Source of the DNA: Mustelus asterias
Taxonomy: Eukaryota
Direction of reading: 5' to 3'
Length of the DNA: 64,000 bases
Assembly (NCBI RefSeq): GCF_964213995.1
Contig: NC_135805.1
Span: 24,242,001 to 24,306,000, forward strand
Shown here piece by piece: positions 12,669 through 25,696 of this stretch (positions are counted from its first letter, which is position 1; each line of letters starts with the position of its first letter). The notes under the pieces were generated by a model. The model had not been told where the DNA came from and did not search any database. It saw only the letters and a program-made list of their open reading frames with translations. A program made the position numbers and the translations under genes.

Positions 12669-15600
12669 TTGAAGCATTTAACTTCCAAATTGAAATGACT
12701 TTCATTGTAGATTTACAAATTAGTCAAGTATTCCAAAGGAAAAAAAATGGATTTTATGCATAATCCAAATGACCGAAAGTCTTTTAACAAATTTACTTCA
12801 AATTTCAAGGCTTGGATTTAATTTTCCTCTAAATAGTGAATTAAGTTTTAGTATGTCAACAGCATTTCTACAAGTGAACAAAACTATTTACAAATATTAC
12901 TGACAAAAAATGTTTTCATAAACTGCACTCCAAAGCTAAAATACAAATACACAAATATACTTAGAAGCAAATCATACTGAACAGTGATCACCGGATCAGT
13001 GTGTTTGACACTTCCTAGCACTGACACTACGAATGCAAGTTACCACTAAACTACCAGGTGGCACAAACTGCAACATTACTTACATCACAATGTGAGCAGG
13101 TCAATAGTACAACAGGGAAACAAAGCTATTGTTTTGCAGCTGTTAAAATTTATAGATCAAAGTAAAATTGCTAGTTATACATTTTTATTAACTCCTTACT
13201 ATAATGTGCATTAGGTTAAACTGTTGCACTGCCTATCCTGTGAAACTTAAAATATTTAACAAGCAAATAGCTTGAGAGCAAAGTAACAGTTTGAAGCAGT
13301 ATATTTTGTGCTTACAATCTTCTCATTTCTATAATTTTGTACTGCAGTTAAGATCTATCTATCTCAAGTACCTCTACAGATAAAAGTAGATTTGTGTGGA
13401 GTACAATTCCTGACATGCTGACTAAATTCCACTCTCTTTTCAAGTGACCTCTCTTCAAATAAGCTTTAACAGCAATTTTTGGCAGGTCAGTCATTGTTGG
13501 GGCCAGGAGGGTATTGGTTTCAACTAATCCTGTTTTGTTCAGAGTCCAAAGATGCCAATTACCAAAAGGGTTACTAGCAATAGGAATCAGAATTAGAACA
13601 TTGCTTCTAACCTAGAGAAGAGAGAAACAGAGGTGAAATGTGGTCCCTTCAAAAACCATTCAGCTGAGCTAAATTAACATACCAGATACATAAGATAGGG
13701 ATTTCCAACTTCTATAACTTAGTTTCAAACTGGGTGCAATGACTTTTCAAATGAGTCACTGGAAAGCATATTGCTTTCTTCCATTCAATCTTTGATATTT
13801 GTATTTTATTCCAAAATTTTCAACTGATCAGTATGATGATAGAGAAAGAATGTTAGGTAGTTTTTGCTAAAACAATGCAGGTCAAAATGTTTATGACCTT
13901 CCTGCTTTGTTGAAAAATTAAAAGTACAGCACACCTGTGCTCAGCTATTTTCCCTTGGGAAGCTAAGGGACTGTGGCTAATTGCTCCTGGGAACTTACAC
14001 TCCGAATCTACTCCCCTGATAGCACATTATACAAAAACAGGTGGAACAAGCTCATCACTTAAATCTATTACTATACTCAACCTGACGATAGCAACAAAGG
14101 CCACAGAGACTCGAGTAGGTTAGCAAATTTAAGAAAATCTTTGGGTTCATCAAGCACTGCTGGGGTTAGACTTTCCCATCTTGTATGCAAAATGAGCAAT
14201 CCCTAGCTGGGTATAGCATGAGACAGATAAAAAATGAAGCTGCAAATTGCTACTACGGTGTACCTTAACTTCAGGTTTAAATTGACATCCTGTACTGAAC
14301 AAAGTTGAATGCTCACTTAGTACACTATTTAACCTTACAGTCTGAATTTGCTCACTTATGCAGAATCCTGGATGATTACCTCAACACTAACTCTGAAACT
14401 GAAGGTTTAAAAAAAACTGATAAGTGGAAATTGTGGGTTTGAACTCAGTCAGGGTAATAGCTTAGAAATAAATGAAGTAATTTTGAAGCAAAAGGAAGCT
14501 ACTAAACAAAAGGCTAAACAGAACTTCTCAACATCGGGCCCTGTGCATTATTAGCATGCATGAACAGGTCACAAGCAGAATGCTATGCTTGGTTGACCAG
14601 TATTAAAGCATGTAGTCATACTATGTAGTTAAAATATGTGCCTGAACTAGGGTGGAACAAAGTTAAAGTCCATCCATACCGATAAATGGTGGGGGCCCAT
14701 GTCTGCCAATGCACAAGTATTGAGTTGCTCACATTTTAATTTAGATTATTACACAAAAGTATTTTAGAACCATGAATCACAGCCTAGCTCAAACTTAAGG
14801 ACAAGGTTTATAAATGGATAAATGATCAAGTAGTAAAAGTTTTAATTATTGTTTTACTACATACACATTAAGATCTTCAAATCAACATCTCACCATTTAT
14901 TTTGATAATAAAATGTAATTTATTAAAGTGCTGATGTAATGTTTGTATTAGCATGGAGGTACCACTGAAATCTGTGAAAAAGGTTCATGTTGGTTGTTAT
15001 TGCCATTAACTCAACATGAATTTCAATGTAAATGTAAAGTCTTGTGCAAATATATACAGAAAATCCTCAGACAGATCCAAGTGGAGCAGTATAAAGCAAT
15101 ATGAATAGGGAATGTTAATTAGTTTTTGTAGGTCCATGCTTTTTACAAGGTATATATTCATACAAGGCCTTCTTTGTTGGAAATTTTAAAAGTTATACTG
15201 CAGAAGTGTTTATCAGAAGGGCAATAACAGTTTATTCTAGTTCTCCAGGCTTACTAAAGGCTTACAAGCGCACCTCACAGTAACTTTTCTTCCCCCATTT
15301 CTTGATAACTAGCCTGAACTTGTTACTATCTCCCAGCAAAGGAGAATTCAGGAAAGGAAATCACACCCTGTCACTCAATACTACAACACACTCAGACTTC
15401 AGTGTACTCCACTATGACTTCACTCCAAAGACAAGTACAGTTCTAACATTTACATTAGCGAAGATCTACTGATAACTCCATGACATTGCAATTTTAAAAG
15501 GTTGAGCATTTCCCAGACATCCATTTGGTAGATTTGTATTAAAATCACAATACTTCCAAAGCATTCCTAATCCATAACAGGTCAACTTTTAAATTGCACA

Positions 15601-16289
15601 GGATCTCTAGCTACTTTTAGCCTATCTCAGATGGGGATGACTGGAAAGGGAGGAAGGGATAACATCCTTTCAAGTCTGTATCTGCATAGGTGCAATTAAT
15701 CCTCTTCTGCACTATAATTTCCATGCCTCCAATTCAACAAGCAATGGTTTCCTACTACACGTCCACCAATAATTTAGCTACAAGTATGAGTAGGAAATAT
15801 GGAGACAGAATATGATTTCCCAAGGTACCTTTACTCCCCTTTAACTTTACGAAGTGAGGCAGAATGACAGAGTACATAAAATTTGATAGGGATGCTTCCC
15901 CTTTATAAGTGAAACATTTGCAAAATGAAATCTGAACATTTGTTATATTGAGTACTGATGTTGATTACAAGAGAGCTTTAAAATGTCCCCCCCCCCCCGA
16001 CTTGAGATGTGGGAAAAATCACACTTATTTCCCAACTCTATCTTGACAACAAGGAACCTGCTAAGCCATATCAGAAGGTGTTAAGATTCAAATGCAAGGT
16101 GCTGGACTGGAGTGAAGCCAGGTAAGGGGATGGCATGCCCAGACATCAGAGGGCAAAAGAAAAAGTGAGCTAGTAAGTTTTTAATAATGATCTGGTGATT
16201 TTCCCAATCATTTTTGATGCTAGAAATCCAAGGGCTTTAAACTCATGATTTCTGGCTGATAGTTCAAATCCCAAAATAGCAAGATGGTA

Positions 16290-16970
16290 AGAAGTAGGAG
16301 TCAGCCATTCAGCCCGTAAAGCTAGCTCTGCTGATGGCCGATCTGATTGTGGCCTCAACTCCTCCGTGCCCCCACATTACCCTTGATCCCCTTGTTGATT
16401 AAAAATCCAACTCGGCCTCAAATGTATTCACTGACACAGTCTCCACCTCTCTCCAGGCAAGAGACCAACTAACTACTCCCACAGAAAAAAAATCCACCTC
16501 ATCTCCATCTTAAAAGGGAGACCTCATCTTTAAACTGTGCCCCCCAATTCTGAATTGCCTCACGAGAGGAAACATCCTCTCAGCTTCTACCATGTTAAGT
16601 CCCCTCAGAATATTTATTTCAAAAGGATCATCTCTCATTCTTCTAGACACCTCAACCTTTCTTCATAAGACAACCCCTTCATCCCAGGAATCAACCTAGT
16701 GAATCTTCTCTGAACCTCCTCCAACACAATTATATGCCTCCTTAAATAAGGAGACCAAAACTGTACACTAAAAGTAGTGCAGTCTTAGTTGTGCCTAGTG
16801 CAGTTGTAGAATGAAATCCCTAATTTAATGCTCCACCCCTCCCTCTGCTACTCAAGAGCCAATATTGCAATTACCTTCCTAATTACTTGCTCTACCTGCA
16901 TGCTAACCTTGTGATTCATGTGCAAGGACACCTAGATCCTTCTGTGCCGCAGCATTCTCTCCCCATTTCT
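16290..16970 (-). mobile_element. Degraded CR1 LINE 3' portion
   Basis: gagaccaaaactgtacac, cttttcttcataagacaacc-like and agtaggagtcagccattcagccc motifs typical of antisense CR1 3' ends. Confidence 0.7.
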
Positions 16971-18250
16971 ATTCTTCACCACCTCCACCCCCCCCAATCC
17001 AAAGTCATGAAATTGAATTGTTGAACAACTGTCAGGGTGCTAACTTATCACTGGATGATCAAATTCAAAAGTACAGTCATCATCAACACAAAACCTTATT
17101 CAGCTCACCACCCCCTGTTCACATTCTTTAGTTACCTTTCCAAGCTAGTAACCCAGAATGCAGGTGAGGCTTGCACTAAAATTATATTTTGAAAGCATGA
17201 ATAACTGAATGGGCACAAAAGGGTGACTCTTTTTCGACTGAATGTGCAGTTGACATATAGATTTTGTCACAGCTTCAAGATTTAAGTAAAAATCAACTAT
17301 CCTTACACAAAACTAATGGCCCATGATCAAATGCTTCAAGAAACTATTTATTGGCTGCTATATGATTATAGTGGAGCTATATTATTTCACCTCTAATCCA
17401 TTGGGAAAAGATTCAATATTTCAAATCTGTTCCCAACGTTAAAAATATCCACGATACCTCATATGTCTTCAAATATGGGTAAAGCGAGAAGGAAGAGAAA
17501 AGGGAAACTAAATTACTTTTGTGACTACACTGCCAAGGTCCCAAAAGGCTGCACTAACGTATTAATCAAATACAAAAGTGTAGTGAACAGTAGCTGGATC
17601 AAAGTGCAGAGGGCAGGGAAGATTTAAAAGCAAAAGCTCATCCGCAAATATATTTAAACAAGTAACGTGCATTATTTAAAGGGTGAAATGAATTTTTAAA
17701 AGTTACATTTTCGGCAACTTGGCTGTCTGCGGAGCTAGATTTCCTTGTACTTTGGAGACGAAGAAGTCTTAAGCAACGTTCTTGGGTTTTTAAGCGTTGC
17801 TATAAATACTCCAAGTGACAAGTTTATATAACAAGTCTGGGTGCAAACTTCTCATTTAAGAAAAAAAATCGAGGTGAAAGGAGAATGTTCCAATCGTTTT
17901 GGTTTTCCGATTTTTAAAAAAAATCCACGTGATGGTGCTTGTTTTTTTGGCAATTAAGCTTTTTTGGAAAGGGACTTCTTTGTTTTGTGCTCATGGGTAT
18001 TTCAGTGGTGGCAACAAACTGAACGTTAACATGTCGGTCACGCCATTGATTTACATAAAGATTCACTGCCAAAATGGAGGATCTAATCCGATGAGACGAC
18101 ATGAAACCGAATCCACCCTGACTTCAAGAGGAGGTTTCACGGACTCAAATTAAAACTAAACATTCAACCTCGCCACTACGTATATATCAAATGGTTTCCT
18201 AAGTAAATAAAAATTTGGTTTCCTCCCTACTTTTGATATATAAAACTTAC

Positions 18251-18397
18251 CACGTTGAACGGTGTTCTTTTTTTAAAAAAATGGACAAATGACTTTTTTC
18301 CCTTTTTTAAAAAGCCAAGCATGCACAAGTTTCAACTGTTGATTTTGGTTTTTTTTTAAAAAGGGCAGGTGAAAGCGTTACCCAGCAAAACATTTTA
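18251..18397 (-). other. Putative alternative 5'-UTR exon of the divergent gene
   Basis: Minus strand: long (CT)n polypyrimidine tract + tgtacag| acceptor at 18398; donor cgtg|gtaagt at 18250. Confidence 0.35.
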
Positions 18398-18601
18398 CTG
18401 TACAGACAGAGAGAGAGAGAAAAATACAAATTGTATAGTATTCACCTCCCATGAAACTGATTTTTTTCCGGAAGAAAAAAAAAGTTAAAAATTAAAACAG
18501 GCAAAGAGAGAGAGAGGAAAAGAGAGAAAGAGAGAGAATGGCAATGTTAAACTTATTTTTTTAAAGATAATTTTAGAATGGTTGATATATAAGAATGTTA
18601 C

Positions 18602-18765
18602 TCGACCTTTCGTTCCCTGCAAGCTCAGACTCTGTCATGTTTAGAACATCATTTTTGTCAACTGGGGTTGGGGGGTTGGAGAAAAGGCTTTCAAAAGCCA
18701 TTTTTTTCCCCACACAACAGTACAAGACTGAGAGAGAGTGTCTCACTGAGACGTTGCTGGTGTGA
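18602..18765 (-). other. Putative 5'-UTR exon 2 of the divergent gene
   Basis: Minus strand: T-rich tract ttttatttattttattttttatcaacag| acceptor at 18766; donor tcga|gtaaca (18601) or aag|gtcgag (18606). Confidence 0.45.
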
Positions 18766-18870
18766 CTGTTGATAAAAAATAAAATAAATAAAAAATCTCA
18801 CGGTAAATTTGATGAGAACAGTATTTTTTCTCTTTTTTTAAGAAAAAAACACAAGAGCGTTCAATCTTAC

Positions 18871-19080
18871 GCGAGTTCTTATTTGGTTAAACTGTTTGCG
18901 TATTGGTTCTAAAGAGTTTGATACCCCTCTTTTTCCGCCGGTTTTGTTCTTGGTGATTTTGGTTGGCGAGAGCAAAAAAAAGGAAAATTTTCACACGCTG
19001 TGGTTATTCCTCACAAACATGGCGCTCGATGCTTTCTAGTGCAGCGATGGTGACAGGGTTCTCTACCGATTTTACACAGA
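18871..19080 (-). other. Putative first (non-coding) exon of an unidentified divergent gene
   Basis: Lies just beyond the promoter; donor ctcgc|gtaaga at 18870; YY1-like CGCCATGTT at ~19016-19024. The 5' end is approximate. Confidence 0.5.
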
Positions 19081-19129
19081 GGAAACGAATGAGCCCTCGC
19101 AACGCGCCTCAACCTAACCTACTGCTCCC

Positions 19130-19270
19130 ATAATCCCGCCCCCCTCCCGCTCCTATTGGTTGCCCGCCTTTGACGGACAGTAGCCTGGTCCGCCGTACAT
19201 AGAACGGCTGCCCACTCCTGATTGGTGACTTGGCCCGTCAATCCGGAGAAGGCGGGCTACTCAGTTCCGG
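19130..19270. promoter_or_regulatory. CpG-rich bidirectional promoter (NF-Y CCAAT boxes, Sp GC boxes, PBX/PREP-like decamers, ETS site, Inr)
   Basis: ATTGG at 19155-19159 and 19221-19225; GC boxes tcccgccc (19134) and ggcgggc (19251); TGACGGACAG 19171-19180 and CCGTCAATCC 19235-19244; ctcagtt Inr-like at ~19260; TTCCGG 19265. Local CpG enrichment in an otherwise CpG-depleted sequence. Confidence 0.8.
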
Positions 19271-19411
19271 TCAGCAGGTTTGGTTGATGTCGAAATCAGA
19301 GGACGTTTCTGGAAGGCGAAGAGGAGGAGGGGGAAAAGAAATAGTGCGCGCGGGCGCAGAGGAGAGAATCGGCGCGGATTGATAATGGTGGGAGTGCTGC
19401 GGTCACTTTAG
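19262..19411 (+). other. OARD1: Putative non-coding exon 1 of OARD1
   Basis: Starts at the Inr-like site of the promoter and ends at a strong donor tttag|gtacgt (19411/19412). Linkage to the coding exons 22 kb downstream is inferred. Confidence 0.55.
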
Positions 19412-20399
19412 GTACGTGGGTGGGGTCAATTAAACTTAAATCGTCCTTTGGTTCATTCCTAAAAATGAGTTTTGATTTTTGTAACTTGTTTCTTACTGAA
19501 GGAGAAAACGCCCTATTGGCGGTTACATGATTTTGGCGTTTTGAAATAAATTGAGCGACCTCAATTTATGTCGAAAGAACATTCGAGACGCAGTGACAAA
19601 ATGGCGCCTGCAGGAAATGGCTTGGAAGGAGAAAAAAAAGAACGTTTACATTTTATTGTCCAAACTGAGAAATAGTGAACCAAATGTTACATTATTTACA
19701 AAACGAAAACCAACGTATCCTCTGAGATACCGTGTTTATAAACATTCTCCAAGATACATTTGCAATAATAAAATCAGGAAAGTGCTACTCAAATTACAAC
19801 TGTTCTTTAACATTTGCAGACGAATTTGGCTGGAATGTAAGTTGTGAATGATGCAATATGGTTCAGAGGATAAACGAGAAATTTTGGAACCCCCCCAAAT
19901 TTTTAATTATTTTCTCCTTGACCTTGCTGCATATGGAAAATTGAATGGCACCCTAATATATTGGTGCCTTTTTTATCAGCTGAATGATTGGGTGAGCTAA
20001 TTTGCCTATTTAGGATCAATGATAACAGAAAGTGGAAATGTGATGCAGAAGTTAGAAGCATAGAGGTAGCCTGAAGTAATTTTGAGGAGATTAAGGACGT
20101 GTTATCAAGAAAATTCAAGCTTGCAACAGGGAAAGAAAACTCAAAATGCGAAATTGTGTCTACTTTCCCGTATGTCTCAAAAACCAGGACAAAGATTTGT
20201 CAAAAAAAGGACCTTTGAAATGTGAATAATACATATGCTAAAATTTCCATATGCTGCCTGTAAGACAATGAATTGTAAGGACAAAAAGACATCCAGAAAA
20301 GAGAAAAACAATTTCAGCATTTGATGGGGGGTAAACAGTCTCAACAGATTGAGGGATGTAAAACAAAACGTAAAGTTGCCATTGTCCCAGATGATCATA

Positions 20400-23300
20400 G
20401 GCTGCCTTTCCTATTCCATTTCAAAAATATTCAGTGATCCTGCCTCCATTACTCTCTGATGGAAGAGAATTAGGTTGATGGCCCGCTGAGAGAGAAAAAA
20501 ATCCCTTCTCTCTGTCTTAAATGGCAGACTCTCTATTTTTATATACCATTCTGTTTGTCGGGCTTGCTATGCTCAAATTGCCTGCTCCATTTCACTATAT
20601 TACAACAGTTCTAGTCTCTTTGCTAAGACTAAACTTCTTTTTAGCAACCGCCCTGTCAGATCCTCGCAGATATTATATATTTCAATTAGGTCACCTCTCA
20701 TTCTTCTAAACTCTAATGGATACAAACCCAACCTGTCAAATATTTCCTCCTAACATAACCCCTTCATTCTAGATATAACCTCTGCACTGCTTCTAGTGCA
20801 ATTATATCCTTTCTGAAATAAGGAAACTAGAACTGTGCAGTATTCCAGATGTGGTCTCACCAACATCCTGTACAACTGTAGCAAGACATCCCAACCTTTA
20901 TGTTCTGTTCTGTTTGCAATCAACATTAATTTCCATTAGAGGTGAGGCTATATTGGATCTGGTGCTGGGAAATGAGCCAGACCAGGTGCTAGACTTGGAA
21001 GTTGGTGTGCATTTTGGTGATAGTGACCACAATTCGGTTACGTTCACCTTAGTGATGGAAAGGGATAGGCATGAACCTCGGGCCAGTGGTTTTAGCTGGG
21101 GGAAGGGTAATTATGAGGCTATTAGGAGAGAATTAGGAAACATAGGTTGGACTAGGAGATTACAGGGACTGGGAACGTCCGACATGTGGAGTTTTTTCAA
21201 GGAGCAGCTACTGCGAGTCTGTGATAGGTATGTCCCTGTCAGGCAAGGAGGAATTGGTAGGGCTAGGGAACCGTGGTGCACCAAAAAAGTTTCTTTGTTG
21301 GTTAAAAAGAAAAAGGAGGCTTATGTTCGGATGAGACGTGAGCACTCGGGTAGTGCACTAGAAAGCTTTAGATTGGCTAAGAGGGAGTTGAAGAGCGAGC
21401 TTAGAAGGGCTAAAAGGGGACATGAGAAGACTTTGGCGGATAGGGTTAAAGAGAATCCTAAGGCGTTCTATAGGTATGTCAAGAACAGAAGGTTGGTTAG
21501 GGCAAGTTTAGGGCCAGTTATAGATGGCAGAGGGAAGTTATGTGTGGAACCGGAGGAGATTGGTGAAGCATTGAACCAATATTTCTCTTCGGTGTTCACG
21601 CAAGGGGACATGAATATAGCTGAGGAGGACACTGGGTTGCAAGGGAGTAGAATAGACAGTATTACAGTTGATAAGGAGGATGTGCAGGATATTCTGGAGG
21701 GTCTGAAAATAGATAAATCCCCTGGTCCGGATGGGATTTATCCAAGGATTCTCTGGGAGGCAAGAGAAGTGATTGCAGAGCCTCTGGCTCTGATCTTCAG
21801 GTCGTCGTTGGCCTCTGGTATAGTACCAGAAGATTGGAGGTTAGCGAATGTTGTCCCATTGTTTAAGAAGGGGAACAGAGACTTCCCCGGGAATTATAGA
21901 CCGGTGAGTCTCACTTCTGTTGTCGGCAAGATGTTGGAAAAAATTATAAGGGATAGGATTTATAGTTATTTGGAGAGTAATGAATTGATAGGTGATAGTC
22001 AGCATGGTTTTGTGGCAGGTAGGTCGTGCCTTACTAACCTTATTGAGTTTTTTGAGAAAGTGACCAAGGAGGTGGATGGGGGCAAGGCAGTGGACGTGGT
22101 ATATATGGATTTTAGTAAGGCGTTTGATAAGGTTCACCATGGTAGGCTTCTGCAGAAAATGCAGATGTATGGGATTGGGGGTGATCTAGGAAATTGGATC
22201 AGGAATTGGCTAGCGGATAGGAAACAGAGGGTGGTGGTTGATAGTAAATATTCATCATGGAGTGCGGTTACAAGTGGTGTACCTCAGGGATCTGTTTTGG
22301 GGCCACTGCTGTTTGTAATATTTATTAATGATCTGGATGAGGGTATAGTTGGGTGGATTAGCAAATTTGCTGATGACACCAAAGTCGGTGGTGTGGTAGA
22401 CAGTGAGGAAGGGTGTCGTAGTTTGCAGGAAGACTTAGACAGGTTGCAAAGTTGGGCCGAGAGGTGGCGGATGGAGTTTAATGCGGAGAAGTGTGAGGTA
22501 ATTCACTTTGGTAGGAATAACAGATGTGTTGAGTATAGGGCTAACGGGAGGACTTTGAATAGTGTGGAGGAGCAGAGGGATCTAGGTGTATGTGTGCATA
22601 GATCCCTGAAAGTTGGGAATCAAGTAGATAAGGTTGTTAAGAAGGCATATGGTGTCTTGGCGTTTATTGGTAGGGGGATTGAATTTAGGAGTCGTAGCGT
22701 TATGTTGCAACTGTACACAACTCTGGTGCGACCGCACTTGGAGTACTGTGTGCAGTTCTGGTCCCCACATTACAGGAAGGATGTGGAGGCTTTGGAGAGG
22801 GTGCAGAGGAGGTTTACCAGGATGTTGCCTGGTATGGAGGGGAGATCCTATGAGGAGAGGCTGAGGGATTTGGGATTGTTTTCGCTGGAAAGGCGGCGGC
22901 TAAGAGGGGATCTTATTGAAACATATAAGATGATTAGAGGTTTAGATAGGGTGGATAGTGATAGCCTTTTTCCTCTGATGGAGAAATCCAGCACGAGGGG
23001 GCATGGCTTTAAATTGAGGGGGGGTAGTTATAGAACCGATGTCAGGGGTAGGTTCTTTACCCAGAGGGTGGTGAGGGATTGGAATGCCCTGCCAGCATCA
23101 GTAGTAAATGCGCCTAGTTTGGGGGCGTTTAAGAGATCCGTAGATAGGTTCATGGACGAAAAGAAATTGGTTTAGGTTGGAGGGTCACAGTTTTTTTTTT
23201 AACTGGTCGGTGCAACATCGTGGGCCGAAGGGCCTGTTCTGCGCTGTAATGTTCTATGTTCTATTAGTCTTCCTAATCACTTGCTGTACCTGCATACTAA

Positions 23301-23700
23301 CTTCTTGTACCAGGAAACTCTCGCCCCTTTGGACTGCAGAGTTGTGTAATCTCCATTTAAATAATGCACTGCTTTTCAATTCTTCCTGCCAAATTGGCTA
23401 TTTTCCCACATCATACTCATCTGCCAGATTTTTTTCCCATTCATTTTATCTATATCCCTTTGTAGGCTCCTTTGTATCTCATCTTCACAATTTACTCTCC
23501 TACCTATCTTTGTCTCACCAGCAAATTTAACATCAATATATTTGGCATCTTGAAACACTTTGATTTAGATTGTAAATAGTTGAGGCCCTAGCATTGATAT
23601 TCCACTTGTTCTGTATTACTAGCCTGTAAAAGACCCATTTATCCCTACTCCCTGCTTCCTAAAGCTAATCAGTCCTCTATTCTTGATATATTTACTCCCT
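20400..23700 (-). mobile_element. Old antisense CR1 fragment, split by the young CR1 at 20939-23262
   Basis: ...aatttccattag | tcttcctaatcacttgctgtacc... reads continuously across the insert and matches 16860-16910; attag is duplicated at both junctions. Confidence 0.65.
20939..23262 (+). mobile_element. Young CR1/HER1-like LINE, 5'-truncated, with uninterrupted ORF2 (APE endonuclease C-terminus + RT)
   Basis: ORF 20851..23175: RGEAILDLVLGNE...SDHN (EN end), [51 protein letters not shown]; tail gttctatgttcta. The first ~29 aa of the ORF come from flanking DNA. Confidence 0.95.
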
Positions 23701-23734
23701 ACACCAGAGCTCTTGCATAGAAACTTTCAATGTG

Positions 23735-23930
23735 GAGTTCTCTGTGTGCCTTAGTTAACAATTACCCCTCAACTAATGTAAGCAATGGTGAGTTATCTGA
23801 TCATTCATTGCAGCTTGTCGGGCTTGCTATGCTCAAATTGCCTGCTACATTTCCCTATATTACAACAGTGATTATGATTGAAGTATATGTGTGACATTCC
23901 TGAGATGTGAAAAGTGTGAATATAAAAAAA
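23735..23930 (+). mobile_element. Deu-domain SINE 3' fragment
   Basis: ttatctgatcattcattgcag...gcttgctatgctcaaattgcctgctacatttccctatattacaacagtga. Confidence 0.5.
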
Positions 23931-25696
23931 TGTTATTTTAATGGATGGAAGGACTGTATGTGTATGTAACAGTACCTCTGTGCAAAGGTTATCAAACAAC
24001 CATTAAATAATGTTTAGACCAGATCTAAACAGTGATAGCTAGGTAGCTGCCTCACAGCAAGTATCAACTTGGCTCAGTTGTTACCACTAACATTTGAGTC
24101 ATGTGTTTTGAGTACAGTGTAGCCTGTTGTAGTGCAGATGCATTAGTGTCGGAGCAGCTATCATTTGGATAACAAGGCCCCATCTGGCTTTTATTTGGAT
24201 GTTCCATTCCATGGTATCAATTACTGCTCCCAGTATCCTAGATATACGATGTGATATTTGAGGGTATTGTAGGATTGCCAAACATATCAGTGGTGGAACA
24301 AGAGGTAGCTTTATAGCAATAGTTTATCTCTCTGTTTAAAAAGAGTTCTCCAACTTGCCAGAACTGACACATTCACAAGAGCCACTGGAGATCTTTCACA
24401 AAAGCTGTTATCTCTGCCGAGGACATAATTTTTAGTATAGGCCTTTGAGCAGTCCTAGTCATGATAATATGAGATCTCGCGCCTCATATCTAAAAACTGA
24501 ATTAAAGTTTAATTATTTGTCCTTAAAAGATAAGCAGAGGGGTGGACTTGGGACTGGAGTAGGAGGGAACCTTGGGAACCTGTCCTCAGCCATTTGGCAA
24601 TCGTGAGAAATGTGATTGGCATGAAACATTTGCCAACCCCAGATAACGTAAATAAACGGGTACCCAGGAAGGGAAAGATGCAGTGGATGGAGGACACTTT
24701 CTAGGGTGGGTACATGCTATCTACAGCTTAGCACCATGGTCAGCTTGAGAGGCAAGTACATGGAGGAGGCTGTGCTTTTCCATTGGTCAGTTTGTCCAAT
24801 CTGAGACTGGCAAATCATCCTCCGCTGTTATGGGTCATGTGTATGCTTACTCTGGTCATGTCTTATGTGGGAACTACCATTGTTCAATTTCTCCAGCCTT
24901 AGTGATATCAACATTTGAGATAATAGATATGAGGGCTACACAAGCCTTGGTCCATGATAATCCAGAAAAGTTTGGGAAGATGTTTCAAGCGTACATGATA
25001 TTGATATTTTACAGGAAACAGATAGTGGATAGCTTGACAGAAAGCAGGCACACCTTAAAAAGAAAGATATCCAAATATGTTAGGAGAATGCAACGGAGCT
25101 GTTGATTACGCACTTGGTTAGATATTCAGAAGCAAAAGCTGAAGCTTAAAAAGTTGCTTGCAGGCCACGTATATATCTGGCAATTACATGAAAATGACAA
25201 ATTGAATAGGTGGGTAAGTTACTAAAGGAGAGCGTCAGTTGGCAGGCCAGCCTTCCAAATCAACTGCTGAGAACATGAAGCACTGAAAGTGTACTCAAGC
25301 TAGAGCAAATACTGGAATAGAATTATAATTAACATTACTCCCCAAAACGCAAATTAGTTGATCATTCATCTGATGTTGGTACATGATCATGGAAGTTGAT
25401 TGCAGAGTTTATCAACAACAGTGATCACCCTTCCAAGCTATTGATTGTGCAATGCATCCTTTTTCACACAAAAAAGTAGTATTGGAAGGTAGCTGTCACA
25501 CCGATTCGACTTAAGTTACAAAATAATTCAATTCAAACCAGTCTTGTGATTCTCCACTAATTGTGTATTGAAGTTCATTCCTTCATTTCTGAAAATTCCT
25601 AGTAAATTTTAAGAGAGCCTGGCATAGTCATATTCAGCTGTTCTATCCTGGGACCGTTGATTCATACTTGGATGAACTTTTAGGATCCTATGTATG

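Noticed and set aside
1-19100. NFYA coding exons expected from human synteny
   Set aside because: No MEQYT/Gln-rich NFYA-like exon found on the minus strand, so the symbol was not assigned.
20851-20938. N-terminus of the 774-aa ORF as a genuine start
   Set aside because: It derives from an antisense older CR1 flank; the LINE is truncated within the endonuclease domain.
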